A DNA stretch of 64,000 nt. Source: Carcharhinus longimanus. Taxonomy: Eukaryota. Position numbers and translations under genes: made by a program. The DNA lies in the NCBI GenBank assembly GCA_030264375.1, contig JASCQW010000132.1, forward strand, positions 99,236,962-99,300,961. Direction: 5' to 3'. The notes under the pieces are model-generated. The model was not told the origin of the DNA, searched no databases, and saw only the letters and a program-made list of their open reading frames with translations. Of the stretch, positions 22,261-34,300 are shown one piece after another; the first letter of the stretch is position 1, and the number at the start of each line of letters is the position of its first letter.

Positions 22261-25200
22261 AAAATTGTCTATTTTTAAATGGCTGCTTTAATACCACAAG
22301 TAAAAGTATTCCAGTTTAAAATAACACAACACTCAATTTCACAATATAAATGGATGGATGCTAAAACTGAAATTAAGCTCATTTGTAGAAAAGTACACCA
22401 TACATCCAGGATGCTATATTCAGTATTCAATTACATATCATCATAAATATATGGAGCAAAATTATCCATATGTAATTATTATTTTGTCTTGATTGGGCTG
22501 TAAAAATATGGGTTGTATCAAACATCTAGCATTAACATTTTAGTACAAATCATATGCATAGAACATTGAAGATCTTCAAGCAAAAAAAACACTGTACAAA
22601 TGGACAATTTACAATGCAATGCTTTCTAAAGAAAGTAATGTGCAATTTTAAGTCTCCATTATAATTAAAGCATTGTTGAGTTTGTCTAATTTTTCTTGCA
22701 CTTAACATCCATTTACATACTGTTGGCCAATTTTATACAGATTTTTTAACTGTTCTAATTATTTTTACTACTTTGCAGCTCTTAACTTCAGACTGATCGG
22801 TGACTTATGTAGGTGACCTATAACATACCTTACATTTCCATTATTATGTCAACAATGAAACTATGGTATTTTAGTTCTTAGCATTTTATTGACTTTAGAT
22901 ACGTATGTATAAAGTGTAAGTTAATGATTTTTTAAAATTAGTTTTATTCATAGTCTTGCTGTACCATTGTCCCACAGTATTGGGTCACCAGCAAGCATTT
23001 GCATTCTTCTCCTAAGATATGGTAATGAACCTTTTTTCCATAAATGTTATTTTCACCTATTTCATGTTTGGTTGTTTAAAGCTGCATTTTATGTGTTTTC
23101 TTGTTTATAAGCATGGGCATATGAATGATTATAACTCCTAAAAATAAAAGTTACTGCCACTTGTAACTAAGATCAGTAAGTGTTTGTTATGTTTAAACAC
23201 ATTGGCTATTTTCTACCCACCATTTCTTTGGTGCAAGTAAACTTCAGGCCCTAGGGATATTCCCTCACAGACCAAGATGTTTGCTGCCACTGTGAGCCAT
23301 GAGAACAGTGAATGTCTGTATCTCATGGAGCAACTCTTTCTCCCTCATTCTTACAGCTGGGAGGTATAATTTTCCACTTTCCAGCACAACACTTATATCA
23401 ATATCAAAACACAGGTCTTTAAAACATACATCTTTCTCATGTGTGGCCCTGTGCTCTCTTACTTCCTCTCAAGGATTAGTTCCTATATACCTATGCAAAG
23501 TATTTATTTCAATTTGACAGTATAAATTATTATTCCCAGTTTTCCAACACTGGGCCAATGCCACTTTTGTGAAGGGAAAAAAAACCTCAAAGCTCTTAGT
23601 GGCATCATTTGGTTTCTGAAGGTAATATCATTTATGCATAAAACAGGTACTCTAGTTCTAATTATTGTTAAGATTAATAATTTAAAACATTAGACAGCCA
23701 GCCTCCCTGAGGCAGCCAGCAGTTATTGTGCATGTTTATTATCTTTGGTTCCACTATTTTGGAAAATGCTATTGATATCCATTCATTAGCCATTTATTAT
23801 GATTATTAATAATGATGTGTTTATATGTGTTTTTTGTACCGTCGTGGAATGACTAATATAGTGTTCCATTAAGGGTTGTTATCTAATGTTTGCCATTCGC
23901 CATATCCTGGTGGGACGCAATAAAATATCGCTGCAAGGAATAGAATAATGAGGGATTCAACCGTGATTATTGCTCATTAGACACTTCACTGTACATTTAT
24001 TACTAAATGAATAATTATATCCATATAAAACCATAGTGTTATAGCTCACGGCCAGAATAATTCACTAATCTCAAGCTGGCTTGTAACAATGCAAATAAAT
24101 GCGACACCAGGAGGTTATTTTATACGTCACTGTCGAGCAAAACTGTCGTGTGTGTAAAAGATGAAAAAAAGAAGCAAATGCTATTTGTTGAAGTGAATGT
24201 GTTTCAGTGAGAGATTCTTAATGGCTCTGGGTGTAATATTGAACTAATCGGCCCGTTTTATTAATAATCATTCATCAGTTGTTTAAGTAAGAGTCTGTTT
24301 GACATTTCAGTGTTGGGCATGACTGCAGGGACTTCTCCAGAGTCATTTACAAGGACGATTGGAACTTTATAGCGTATGATTCATAGAGTCTTATAGTACA
24401 CAGGAGCCGTGGTGCATGTTACATTAATCAGTGTCAGGGTAGTAAAACACAGAAATGAATATGAATTCACCACTTTCTAAAGGAGATAAATGTGCTTGTG
24501 AATAATTGATTAATGCTTAAAAAAGAGGGTAAAACAAGAAGCACAACACCACGCTACCCACCCATCCCCCCGCCAAAGAAACTTGCAGAAGCTTCGTACC
24601 GAATCGGCCGCGCTTTGGGGAGGCACTTGCCTCTGTCCATAAACTGCTGCTTCCCTTGTTTCCATATCCCGAAAATAAACTTCAACAATCATTTCGCTGT
24701 ATTTGTAAGTGAAGGTGGGCAAGGGAAGAAACTAACTTGTAAATAGGATGGTGTGAATGCAATGAGCTTTAACAATAGTTTCATACGTATTTGGTGATTC
24801 TGAATAGCTACATTGCTACATTGTCCTTATTAGAGTCACGGCCAGTAATTTGCTTCCAATGCCCACAGAGTTACCGAACGCATCAACACGCAGCAATTTC
24901 GCTGCAATCTGTTCACTGGTTGGGACAAGTCACATTCCTCCGCACTACTCAGAGCAACATTTTAGCGCATTATGTCCCTAGGATTTGCACGACGGTAGAA
25001 ATGCAGCGAACAATAAATGACCGCGAAGCGAACTGTGTATTCATGCAACATCATCATCGCATGGTAGTTGCCTTACCTCGAGGACGTTCCCAAACAGCTG
25101 CCCCGCGACTTGTCTGCAACATAGAAGATTGTGAGAAAAGAAATGATTGGTTTCGGAAACTCGTCCGATTCTGTTCCCACACTTCTGAGGACGGCAAACG

Positions 25201-27414
25201 CCAGGAGCAGCTTTGTGATGTCGACAAGTGCCGTTAGAATTAAAATTGTAGGATTAAACACGATTCTTGGGGGGAGGGAAGCATTCTTGTTGAATGTCTT
25301 TTTTTTTAACTTAACCCCGAATTATTGACTTCCGAGGTGTCTCATTCGCTAACACACAAGGGGCTCCTTCAACTCTACTTCTCCCTTTTCCCTAACTCNN
25401 NNNNNNNNCTCTGAAAAATTCTTTCAAATCACTTGGACGCTTTTTTAACTTACAGATTTATTTATATTGAAATAGCAGATGTTTAAATTGAAAAAAAACA
25501 ATGAACAATCGGTCCCTTATTGTTGAGTTTGACCGAAAATTTTGGGTCTTGTTTCGAGCCAACATTATTCCAAGGCTAGCGATCAATTTTCCACACCAGT
25601 TACTTCAAAAGTGGCTTCGTGTGACATGAAAGGGGGATCCTTGGCTTCGTAAACTTTTACTGCAGTTTTATTCAGTAATTTCAAGCTAAATGCTGTTACA
25701 AAACTGCCAAATGGTGTTAAAAATTACTGAGTGAGACAGAACCCCAATGTTCACAAAGTCTGCAGCAGTACAAGTTTTTCGCCAGTTAAGTATTTAACTG
25801 CAAAATATTTATTTAAAAACAAAACCTGTGGCGTGTTCTTTCAGGGGGACAGCTCGCTCTGAGCCGGATTTCACTATTATCGCATAGCAGTCTGTAAACT
25901 TTTTACAGAATTACTCATCGCATCGATTATCTTTTGTTTAATACGTTCAGCCGTAATGTGTGCAAACTGAAGAAACAGCCCAGGAACATACAATGCCGTT
26001 TTAAAATCTGTAAATTATCGATCTAGCTATCATCTGTCTGTCTTCTGTCATCTATCTATCTTCTTTTTCACATGACACATCAGATGGATAGTGGGTGACC
26101 GGGGTGGGGCGGGGGGAGGGGGCGGTGGGGTGAGTGGTGCGGGTAGCAGCCAAGCTCCAACTCTTGGTCTGCTCCGGCCTGGCCGAATGATTCAACAGGG
26201 AGAGTTGGGAAGTGTCAGAAGATAGAGGGAAAACGCAAGGACGGGGCGGGAACGGATCTATTTTGCACAACCATGTACTTATTTGCAAAGATTAGCCTTG
26301 TTTGACTTCGGTGGGGTGGAAGAATTTGAAGTTCTCCATCAAACGGTTCTGCTGTAAAATCGGAACATTGTACGGGTGATGAATAAATCCACAGAAGAGT
26401 GAGAGTGGTTTACGCAGGGGTGGGGGGCGGGGGTGGGGGGCAAGAAATGCCAATTCTTTCCGTTTACTTAAAGCGAATGAAATTCTAAAACTCATCAAAG
26501 TTTATTTTCTGACCTCGGTGAAATCGACACAATCCTTCCAGGGCCTGTTTTTTTTTTAAAAGGGGAGAGGAGAGTGTTTTGAGTTTGTTTAGACCCTCCT
26601 TTCACACTCGCCAGTTTCTGTCCCTGGGATTATTGTAATCAACTAGGAAAGAAAACAACAGCAGCAGAACAACAATAACAAAAAACCCAAAGGGTGGATT
26701 CTACACCGCTCTCAAATGAACATTTCACTTCTGACCATAGAGGGTTTTGTCAGGATTCATTCTTTGTTATCCTGCTTGTCTTTATAAGATAAATGGCGTG
26801 GATTTAGGCACTCTCAAACCTGTATAAAACAAACGGCAGTCAATAAATGGTGAGCATAGGGGCTGAGGAGTTATTCTAATCAAATAAATCTGAAAGTGCC
26901 GAATACAAATTCCTAGCAGATTAAGTGTAAGAAATCCCCCCTCAAAGAGCATGACTGGATTAAAAGAGTCCCAGTGTGTTGGGGCAAGTTTGCAGCACAG
27001 CAGCGATGTGGCAGAGTGTGCTGTAAAGAGGCTGTAATGTTACTATAGGTGGCAGTCTGTGATTGAGTTCTCTATGTCTCTCCCAGGGAATGTGTTTTTC
27101 GGTAAAAAAAAGTCAGTCCTCGGCAGTGTGTAAAACGGTGCGATTGCCTCTGGCTGCGTTTCTCTGACGGCGCGTTTTTTTCTCTCTCCGTTTGACAATG
27201 AGTGGGAGATGAGACTACAAGTGCGACAGCTTTCCGCTGAAATCAGTTCGCAAAAGTAGCTGAAGTCGGAAAAGTGTGGAGTGAGCGACTGGGAGTTCCT
27301 TCCGCGGTTAGCACTTTAAAGACTAAACCTCGTCTTCCATAGCGTGTGTGCGCAGAAGATAGTGCTTCGCCCCATGTAATTTGTGGTGTAAAAATAGACA
27401 CGTCACATGGATAG

Positions 27415-27590
27415 AGAAAAATAAAATATTGCAGAGACTGCAAGACTGAAATAAACACAGCACATGCCAGAAACACCCAGCAGTCACGCAGCATCTGTGG
27501 AGAAAGGGTTAACTAGAGGGTTATAAAGTTATGAAAGCTCATAGACCTGAAAGATTAATCATATGCCTCTGAATATATTTAACATTTCCT
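27415..27590. mobile_element. Decayed family-B Penelope-like termini
   Basis: CTGAAATAAACACAGCACATGCCAGAAACACCCAGCAGTCACGCAGCATCTGTGGAGA followed by the inverted TTATGAAAGCTCATAGACCTGAAAGATTAA. Confidence 0.5.
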
Positions 27591-29169
27591 TTACTCCACA
27601 TTAGTAACTGCGAGAACCTCTGTAACTAGATGTCTAAATACTCTATAGACTTATGTATGCCTGCGAGCCTCCTCTACAATTAACATTTTGGATAGAAACT
27701 GAGTCTCTATCACGTGTGTAAATAGCTGGAGTATATCACTGCGAGTCTCCTCGGTGACTGGTGAGTCAGATCGACAGTGAAGCATTGTGTATGTATGTGC
27801 TGGCTGCCTTCCGCCCCCCGCCCCTTCCACTTCGGCTGGTATCCATAGAGGGAGCTGTAGTCCCACAGATTCCATATGATCCACTCTCAGCTGCTTCAAC
27901 ACAACACTCTGCACATGCACTCAGCACGCCACGTCAAAATTAGCAACGTCCTCTCCCAAAGAGATGGGTTTCTGTTAGTGTGAAGTGAAACTCTATCTAA
28001 CTGAGCCAACCTTGTGACAACGTGGAGTTTGAGAAAATTGCAGACTGCTCAGGCTACTCAAGACTAATGTTTATAAAAAAAATACGAATTGCACTGCGGC
28101 AAAATGTTCACGTTCACACAATATCATTAGCAATATTGCTGTTAAAGAAACGCAAAGATAGTTAAAGCCTGATAACAGAATACCATACATATTTTAGGTT
28201 ACTATTGTGAACGTACTTTGGACTTTTAACATTTCATTTCTTTAATTGTTGACATATGCAACACATTTCACTTTGATTCCATTTTTTTGAAGCTCCGGAC
28301 AAAATAATTTAAATACATTTAGATACATTTAGAATCTTGTAAAATGACCGAGTTATTACTCTGGAGTCAACGCACGCCGTCAATTTTTTTTAATTAAATA
28401 ATCTGTCACACCCCGACAAAGACATTTTCGTTAAATATCATCATTTAAAAATGCGCCGTATATAAAGACATCTGAATCAAAGATAATATTTCTTTTTGCA
28501 TAACCTTGTACAAATAACGTACGTGCCTAAATATCATTGATAATGTAACTTTAGCTCTGGAGAGGAAGGGCTGTTTTATGTGCTTGTCAGAGAGCGTTAT
28601 TCCCAATGAAGCGAAATCAGCCAAGCAATCGATACACGGTGCTCTGATTCTTGTTAATATTTTACTTCGCAGTCGCTATTATTTCCGATCCGTGATGAGC
28701 TTGTCTCTTCTTTTCTCCCCCACCTCCCTGTTTGGACACAGTCTTCCCATATTATTTTTTAATTGCTTTAGCAGCTGTTTGCTTCATGGAGCTCCCTCTT
28801 TTCCACCAGGAGCAGCCATCTGTCGAGTTAGCAGCACCTTAAAGGTCACTGATTGGTTTCATCGGGGACCAGGAGAATAAACACTGGGACATTTACTTTG
28901 CTGAGATCCCAGCCTGGGGTTTGGAACTGCTTTCTGCCTCTTGCTCGCACCCTCCCTTTTTAAAAAAAATTAACCAACGTTACATTTTTAAATACAATAA
29001 TTCTGACCGCAGCAATAGATCTGTTAATACAAAATACGTTCAGGCTGTTTTTTTTAATGTACCCCCTTCCCCATTCCTAAATACACTGACATCCTTTTAA
29101 AAACTCTGTAAAAGGTGACGCTTTGAAAATCAATACAAGGTCACGTAAGGTTACGTGGAGATGGAAGTT

Positions 29170-29492
29170 TGCTCTAATTTCTTTCAGTTTATTAGACAAA
29201 AATATATGATTTTGACAAGTTCTGCTCACGCGCTTATTTACAATTATAATCACTCTATATACATAAAAAAAACGGAACGTGGGAAAAAATAATTACCAAA
29301 CCAATAATGATCGCGTCAGGGCAAAATCAATTAGAATAACACGTGCTGATATGTTACAATGTCAAATAAATCATTACATATTTGTCAAGTTTTTGGAAGG
29401 GTTTTTGTATTGCCCGACACGGGCGGCAAGAAAAATGAAGCTTTTTTTAAAAAAATGTCTTCTTTCTTCACATTTTTTTCGGTAAAACTTCC
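29170..29492 (-). other. irx1: Irx1 3' UTR with polyadenylation signal AATAAA at 29193-29188
   Basis: Follows the stop codon and is U-rich on the minus strand. The plus-strand TTTATT at 29188-29193 reads AATAAA on the minus strand, about 300 nt after the stop. The cleavage site is estimated. Confidence 0.7.
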
Positions 29493-29547
29493 TCAGACGG
29501 ACGAGATGGTTGTTAAAACTCGTGTTCCTTCCTGCTGAGGCCGTGAG
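29493..29547 (-). CDS. irx1: Irx1 coding exon 4 with stop codon
   Basis: Acceptor TTCTTACAG|C, phase 2. Gives (S)SRPQQEGTRVLTTISSV then TGA at 29495-29493, resembling the IRX1 C-terminus ...PQEGTPRILAALPSA*. Confidence 0.9.
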
Positions 29548-29821
29548 CTGTAAGAACAAAAGCGCACACACAATTAAGTGGTCAGTCATATACAAGATGG
29601 TGTATACATTCTGTCTCTAAGGAAGACACAAATAAAAAAAACAAAACTCCAGACACAATAAATATGTCCTGTTATCACCGAATACATAAACATTGATAGA
29701 TAACCCTAAAACATTTCTTCTTCAAAACAACTAAATCATTCTTGTAAACGTTATGAAACAGTGCTGTGCATTATTGTGAGGTGGCTGCTTTGTCGTTGTT
29801 GTGTAGGGCATTAAAACTCAC

Positions 29822-29891
29822 CTTTCATTTACGGGTTGAAATGATATTTTTAGCTGCTGTGACGGAGTTTCGCCCGGAATACATTCTCTTT
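29822..29891 (-). CDS. irx1: Irx1 coding exon 3 (70 nt)
   Basis: Acceptor TTTTCCAG|AA and donor AAG|GTGAGT; phase 1 in, phase 2 out. Translates (E)RECIPGETPSQQLKISFQPVNE(S), similar to IRX1 ERD...SPAQQLKSPFQPV. Not in the ORF track. Confidence 0.92.
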
Positions 29892-30109
29892 CTGGAAAAT
29901 AAAATAAACATTCCAGATCAGTCTCTAGGCAAAAAAAAACACGATTTGAGTTTTGAAGTTAAAATGCAAGTTTAGAGAGAAGGAAAACAGAGACGTTTGT
30001 ACTTTGATGTTCAGGTACTTTGCTAGAAACCGTCAGATCTGGCAGACCAATGCTGAATATATAACATTAAAAATGTAAAGCTCACTGGAGGGTTGTGTGT
30101 GTAAAATAC

Positions 30110-31097
30110 CTGTGTGTTTTGGGCTGGGGATGTCTGTTGATTTTTCATTGCTCACTGCTCCCAGGGCTGCTGTTAGCACAGAAGGCTGTTGCTGCTGAGG
30201 ATGTTGTGGATGATGATGATGGTGATGATGATTTACACCCAGAAACGACCTGACATTTAGCAAAGAGTTCTGGCCCAGGAAAGCGCCGTTTGTCCAGTTG
30301 TGAAACTTGCTGATTTGGCAAGTATAGAGTCCGTGGTTTGAGAGGAAAGCTGGGTGTTGGATGGTCGACGGCGTGTGACCGGTCGGAGAGGGTTTCTGGG
30401 CATTGTCCGGACTGGTCGCAGTCTCTGCTAAAGACCAGATTTTGGGTTTGCTATGATTTGGGATTAGCAAATTCCCCTGAACGAGAGATATCCCTCTGGT
30501 GCCATTGCTTTCAGTAACATTTCCACCCACNNNNNNNNNNNNNNNNNNNNNNNNNNNNNNNNNNNNNNNNNNNNNNNNNNNNNNNNNNNNNNNNNNNNNN
30601 NNNNNNNNNNNNNNNNNNNNNNNNNNNNNNNNNNNNNNNNNNNNNNNNNNNNNNNNNNNNNNNNNNNNNNNNNNNNNNNNNNNNNNNNNNNNNNNNNNNN
30701 NNNNNNNNNNNNNNNNNNNNNNNNNNNNNNNNNNNNNNNNNNNNNNNNNNNNNNNNNNNNNNNNNNNNNNNNNNNNNNNNNNNNNNNNNNNNNNNNNNNN
30801 NNNNNNNNNNNNNNNNNNNNNNNNNNNNNNNNNNNNNNNNNNNNNNNNNNNNNNNNNNNNNNNNNNNNNNNNNNNNNNNNNNNNNNNNNNNNNNNNNNNN
30901 NNNNNNNNNNNNNNNNNNNNNNNNNNNNNNNNNNNNNNNNNNNNNNNNNNNNNNNNNNNNCTCTCCCGCGTTGCGTTTTTGGGTCTAGCCGGGTCTCCGT
31001 ACTGAAACTGTCCGTAGGGATAATAAGCAGGGGCCGCATGTGCTGCAAAGGTGGCCGGGTGAACCCCAGGATTATCCTTCAGTTCATACTGCGATCC
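30110..31097 (-). CDS. irx1: Irx1 coding exon 2 (TALE homeodomain mostly in N gap 30531-30960; IRO box present)
   Basis: Acceptor TTGCAG|GGA gives [45 protein letters not shown], the IRX1-type lead-in to the homeodomain. After the gap come the IRO box [16 protein letters not shown] and [34 protein letters not shown]. Donor is CAG|GTATTT at 30109, phase 1. Confidence 0.95.
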
Positions 31098-33767
31098 CTG
31101 CAACAGAAACACACAAAGGGTGGGGAGGAGGGGTGGGGGAAGAGGAGAAATGTTAAAATCAGGCCAGGTTCTTATGTTATCTAAAGCCCGGCCATTTGCA
31201 GTCAAAGTTTGTCACAAGAATAGGAAACACACAAGCAATTCAAAGTTGTGGAACACCAATATCTCCTCAAACCTCAATCTGCCCTTTACATGAATTAATG
31301 TTCATTTTTGAAGCCGACACATTTTTCAATAGAGAAGTTAATTAAGATTTCCATAAGACAAACAAAAGGGAAAATCTGGTTGCAACAACTATAATTAAAT
31401 CAAACCAGTACCTTAAAATAGAACCTAAACAAAACGGCTGCACACATCATTTGCAGTGAATTATATGTGGCATAGCTGTTTGTGACCAAGTTCGAAATTA
31501 TAAATGGATATCTTAGAATTATTAGAAAACTTATATCCTATAGCTAAGCTCGATATTATCACTTCAAATTATGAAATCAACTGAATTGTAATGTTACACA
31601 CCTTTAAACTTTAATTGAAACTGAAGGGGTAGAAATCAACCCAAGTTCTTGTACCATCTTTTTTTTGAAGCTGTTTATTCAGATCTTCGCAACGGCAATC
31701 ACTTAATTTTCATAATACTCTATTTTCAAATCTACAGCTTTAAAATAGTGCAATCCATTTATTTTCAATATTTAATCATTGGCTTGAAAAAAAACTTGTA
31801 TGGGGGTAAGATTAAAGGACAGGACAATTTCCGCACGATTACGTTTCAGCAGCTACGAATAAAACATTACATGTGTTTTGGAGGTAGTAAGGAATTAGGA
31901 TTTTTCAGATGTCTGTGTTGTGTGTCATTGGATGACCCTGGGTCTATTTCTGCGCTTGAAAAAATATTTAGTCTTGAATTAAAAAGTTGGAAACATTACA
32001 TCATTCAATTCCCGCTGAGATGGCCGCACTGTAAACAATGCAAAAGAAAGCGGTCTCTTTACGGATCTATACTATTCTGATGTGCAATGCATTCAGAAAT
32101 GCAATCTGTAGCCATCTCAGGAAACAATCCCTTTATTTCAAGTTTCTACTGATTTTAACTTGGAAATCTTTATATGCATTCTTCCCTTTTGTCCTTAATA
32201 ACAGCGTGTAGTTTCTGTGTTACGCAGGCCAACTTTATATCCAAATTAGGTATTCTTTGAGTGGCCGTTGAAACGTTCATATTATGTGGCTATAGTGTCA
32301 TAAGATGTGCACCAAAGCATTTGATTAAACACAATTATAGATAATCGCAATTGTTTTGGGGGAAACAACATGAATTTAAATTAAACGGTAGTGCATGTTA
32401 TCTGTTCCAAGGGGAGACTGAACTGGATTATTATCAAGCCAACAGGAAATCTTCATAACAAACTACAGGATCAGTGGCCACCATTCAATATTTTGTAGAT
32501 AATTGTATGGGTTGATCTCAGAAATCGCCTTGCATCTCTTCAGTCTCGATGCGAGATGATTGTACTTGTACCCTGAAAATCTATGCAAAATCCTTATTCC
32601 TAGAGGCAGGAGATTATTATCCAGATCTTCACATTTGCCTAATTATTGGATTGGTTTAAAGAAGGGTGAAATCAAACTGGAAGTGAGGTATTGTCTTAAA
32701 GTGAATAATAACTGCTGTTTAAAGCTCTGAAAATCAGATTTGAGCCGAGTTTGCAACGATCCTTGATACACTTTCAAGGTTATAAGAATGTGCATAGATT
32801 CGGTTCACTGCACCTTTAAAACTTTTTCTTGCATTTTGTCGGTGCTGCTTGATATCGGTATTTGGAGTAAGCAAAATAAATAGAATGATACGTTTCAGTC
32901 GCATCGTATTCAACAGAAAATGAAGTGAGATGCGTTGATTTTATGAATGGCGTGGGTATGACAGGTTAAAACAAAGCTCCGTGTCGAATTGCGGATTGCA
33001 TTAACTGCAGGCTAAAGCGAAACTCACGCAACTTCGGCCTACTTTGTCTGAAATGATACTAAAACTACAGACACTGCCTTGATCGTCAGGTATACTAAAG
33101 AGGTGGCCACGTTTAATCGGCAAATACAACGATAATACTTTCTAACTTGTCCCAGCGCGCTCTTAACGACAACAACCAGGAATATGGCCGGACCAAAGAG
33201 AATGTCAAACTTTTCCAAGCTGTTTTCTAATTCTCTGCGCCACGAGACTAATATTTTAGTTCGCAGTGTAATCCGGCACAATGGTTCTTCAACTTTTAAC
33301 GTCTTGCTTGTGGCACCAGATTTAATTTAAGAAAAAGGAAGGCATGATGATCGCCGTTTACTGCTATTACATTCAGCAATGGAAAAAAAACACAAGCGCT
33401 CAGAAAGCGTCTCAGTGCTTTATAAACTCGGTGGTATTACTACAAACTGCTTTGGTTATAAATGAGAAATACAACTGTGTCTCACCTCATGTCTGTTAGG
33501 ATCTGCCCGATACAGAGATTTGACGAAACTTTACTGCGGCTATAGAATTGGAATGTTTCTTTTTTTTAATATTTATTTTAACGTTNNNNNNNNNNNNNNN
33601 NNNNNNNNNNNNNNNNNNNNNNNNNNNNNNNNNNNNNNNNNNNNNNNNNNNNNNNNNNNNNNNNNNNNNNNNNNNNNNNNNNNNNTGTTTCTTTTTTTTA
33701 ATATTTATTTTAACGTTTCGGTAAGAATGATCCGTACAAAGTGTGGCAAAAGGTTGGTCGCACTTAC

Positions 33768-33998
33768 CATTTGGGAGAACATGGTGAGATCGGTGGTGTA
33801 GGGGAGGAAAGCGCTGTAGTTCTGGGCTGTGTAAGGGTTTGCGTACATTCCCAACACCGAGGTTACAGCAGCAGCGGCGGGGTTAGCCCCAAGCTCGGCT
33901 CCTCCCCGGGAAGAAGCCAGCACTCCCTGCCGATCGGCAGCATACACAGCCTGGCTCGCACTTAAATACTGAGGGTACCCTAGCTGAGGGAAGGCCAT
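33768..33998 (-). CDS. irx1: Iroquois homeobox 1, coding exon 1 (77 codons)
   Basis: ATG at 33998 gives [19 protein letters not shown]...[36 protein letters not shown], which matches the vertebrate IRX1 N-terminus ([14 protein letters not shown]...[11 protein letters not shown]...YSAFLPY..DL..FSQM). Donor is ATG|GTAAGT at 33767, phase 0. Confidence 0.96.
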
Positions 33999-34300
33999 CT
34001 CCCCAGAAGAGATCTTCACGAACTCAGAACACAGAAAAAAAGGCAAAATGACAGGATACAAAAACTCGCTTCCGATCGCCTCCAAATCCCCTCTCTTTTT
34101 GTCGTGGCCCGCGGAATCTCCCTGTAAGCGATCTGATCGCCAATTCAACTCCAACTGATGTGTCTGCCCATAGGTCCTGGCAGATCCGTAGATATCATTT
34201 GAAGTTGATGCTTTGACTGACAGGTCACTTTAGCGGCAAGCCCCTCCTAGTTTGGAACATGTGGCTTNNNNNNNNNNCTTCGCACGGTTGGGCCACTTTG
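33999..34300 (-). promoter_or_regulatory. Irx1 5' UTR and proximal promoter
   Basis: CpG-rich sequence directly upstream of the ATG. Contains TGACTGACAG (PBX/MEIS-type, 34214-34223) and ACATGT (34257-34262). The TSS cannot be fixed from sequence; there is a short N run at 34268-34277. Confidence 0.6.

Noticed and set aside
24791-25237. 148-aa ORF downstream of Irx1
   Set aside because: TTG start, no recognisable domain and no supporting splice structure; probably chance.
30033-31205. 390-aa single-exon ORF
   Set aside because: It is Irx1 exon 2 plus intronic read-through at both ends; the splice signals define 30110-31097.
31649-32080. 143-aa antisense ORF in Irx1 intron 1
   Set aside because: Its composition mirrors AT-rich DNA (F/I/L/K/Y), it has a TTG start, and it has no motif.
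33555-33718. Direct repeat TGTTTCTTTTTTTTAATATTTATTTTAACGTT in Irx1 intron 1
   Set aside because: The two copies directly flank a 100-N gap, so this is most likely an unmerged contig overlap. The same applies to GACCTCTGT around 9052-9169.
33768-33998. Alternative identification as Irx3
   Set aside because: [39 protein letters not shown] and the short C-terminal exons fit IRX1 better than IRX3 (GYQYIRP..., QLGAQYELKDSPGVQH).
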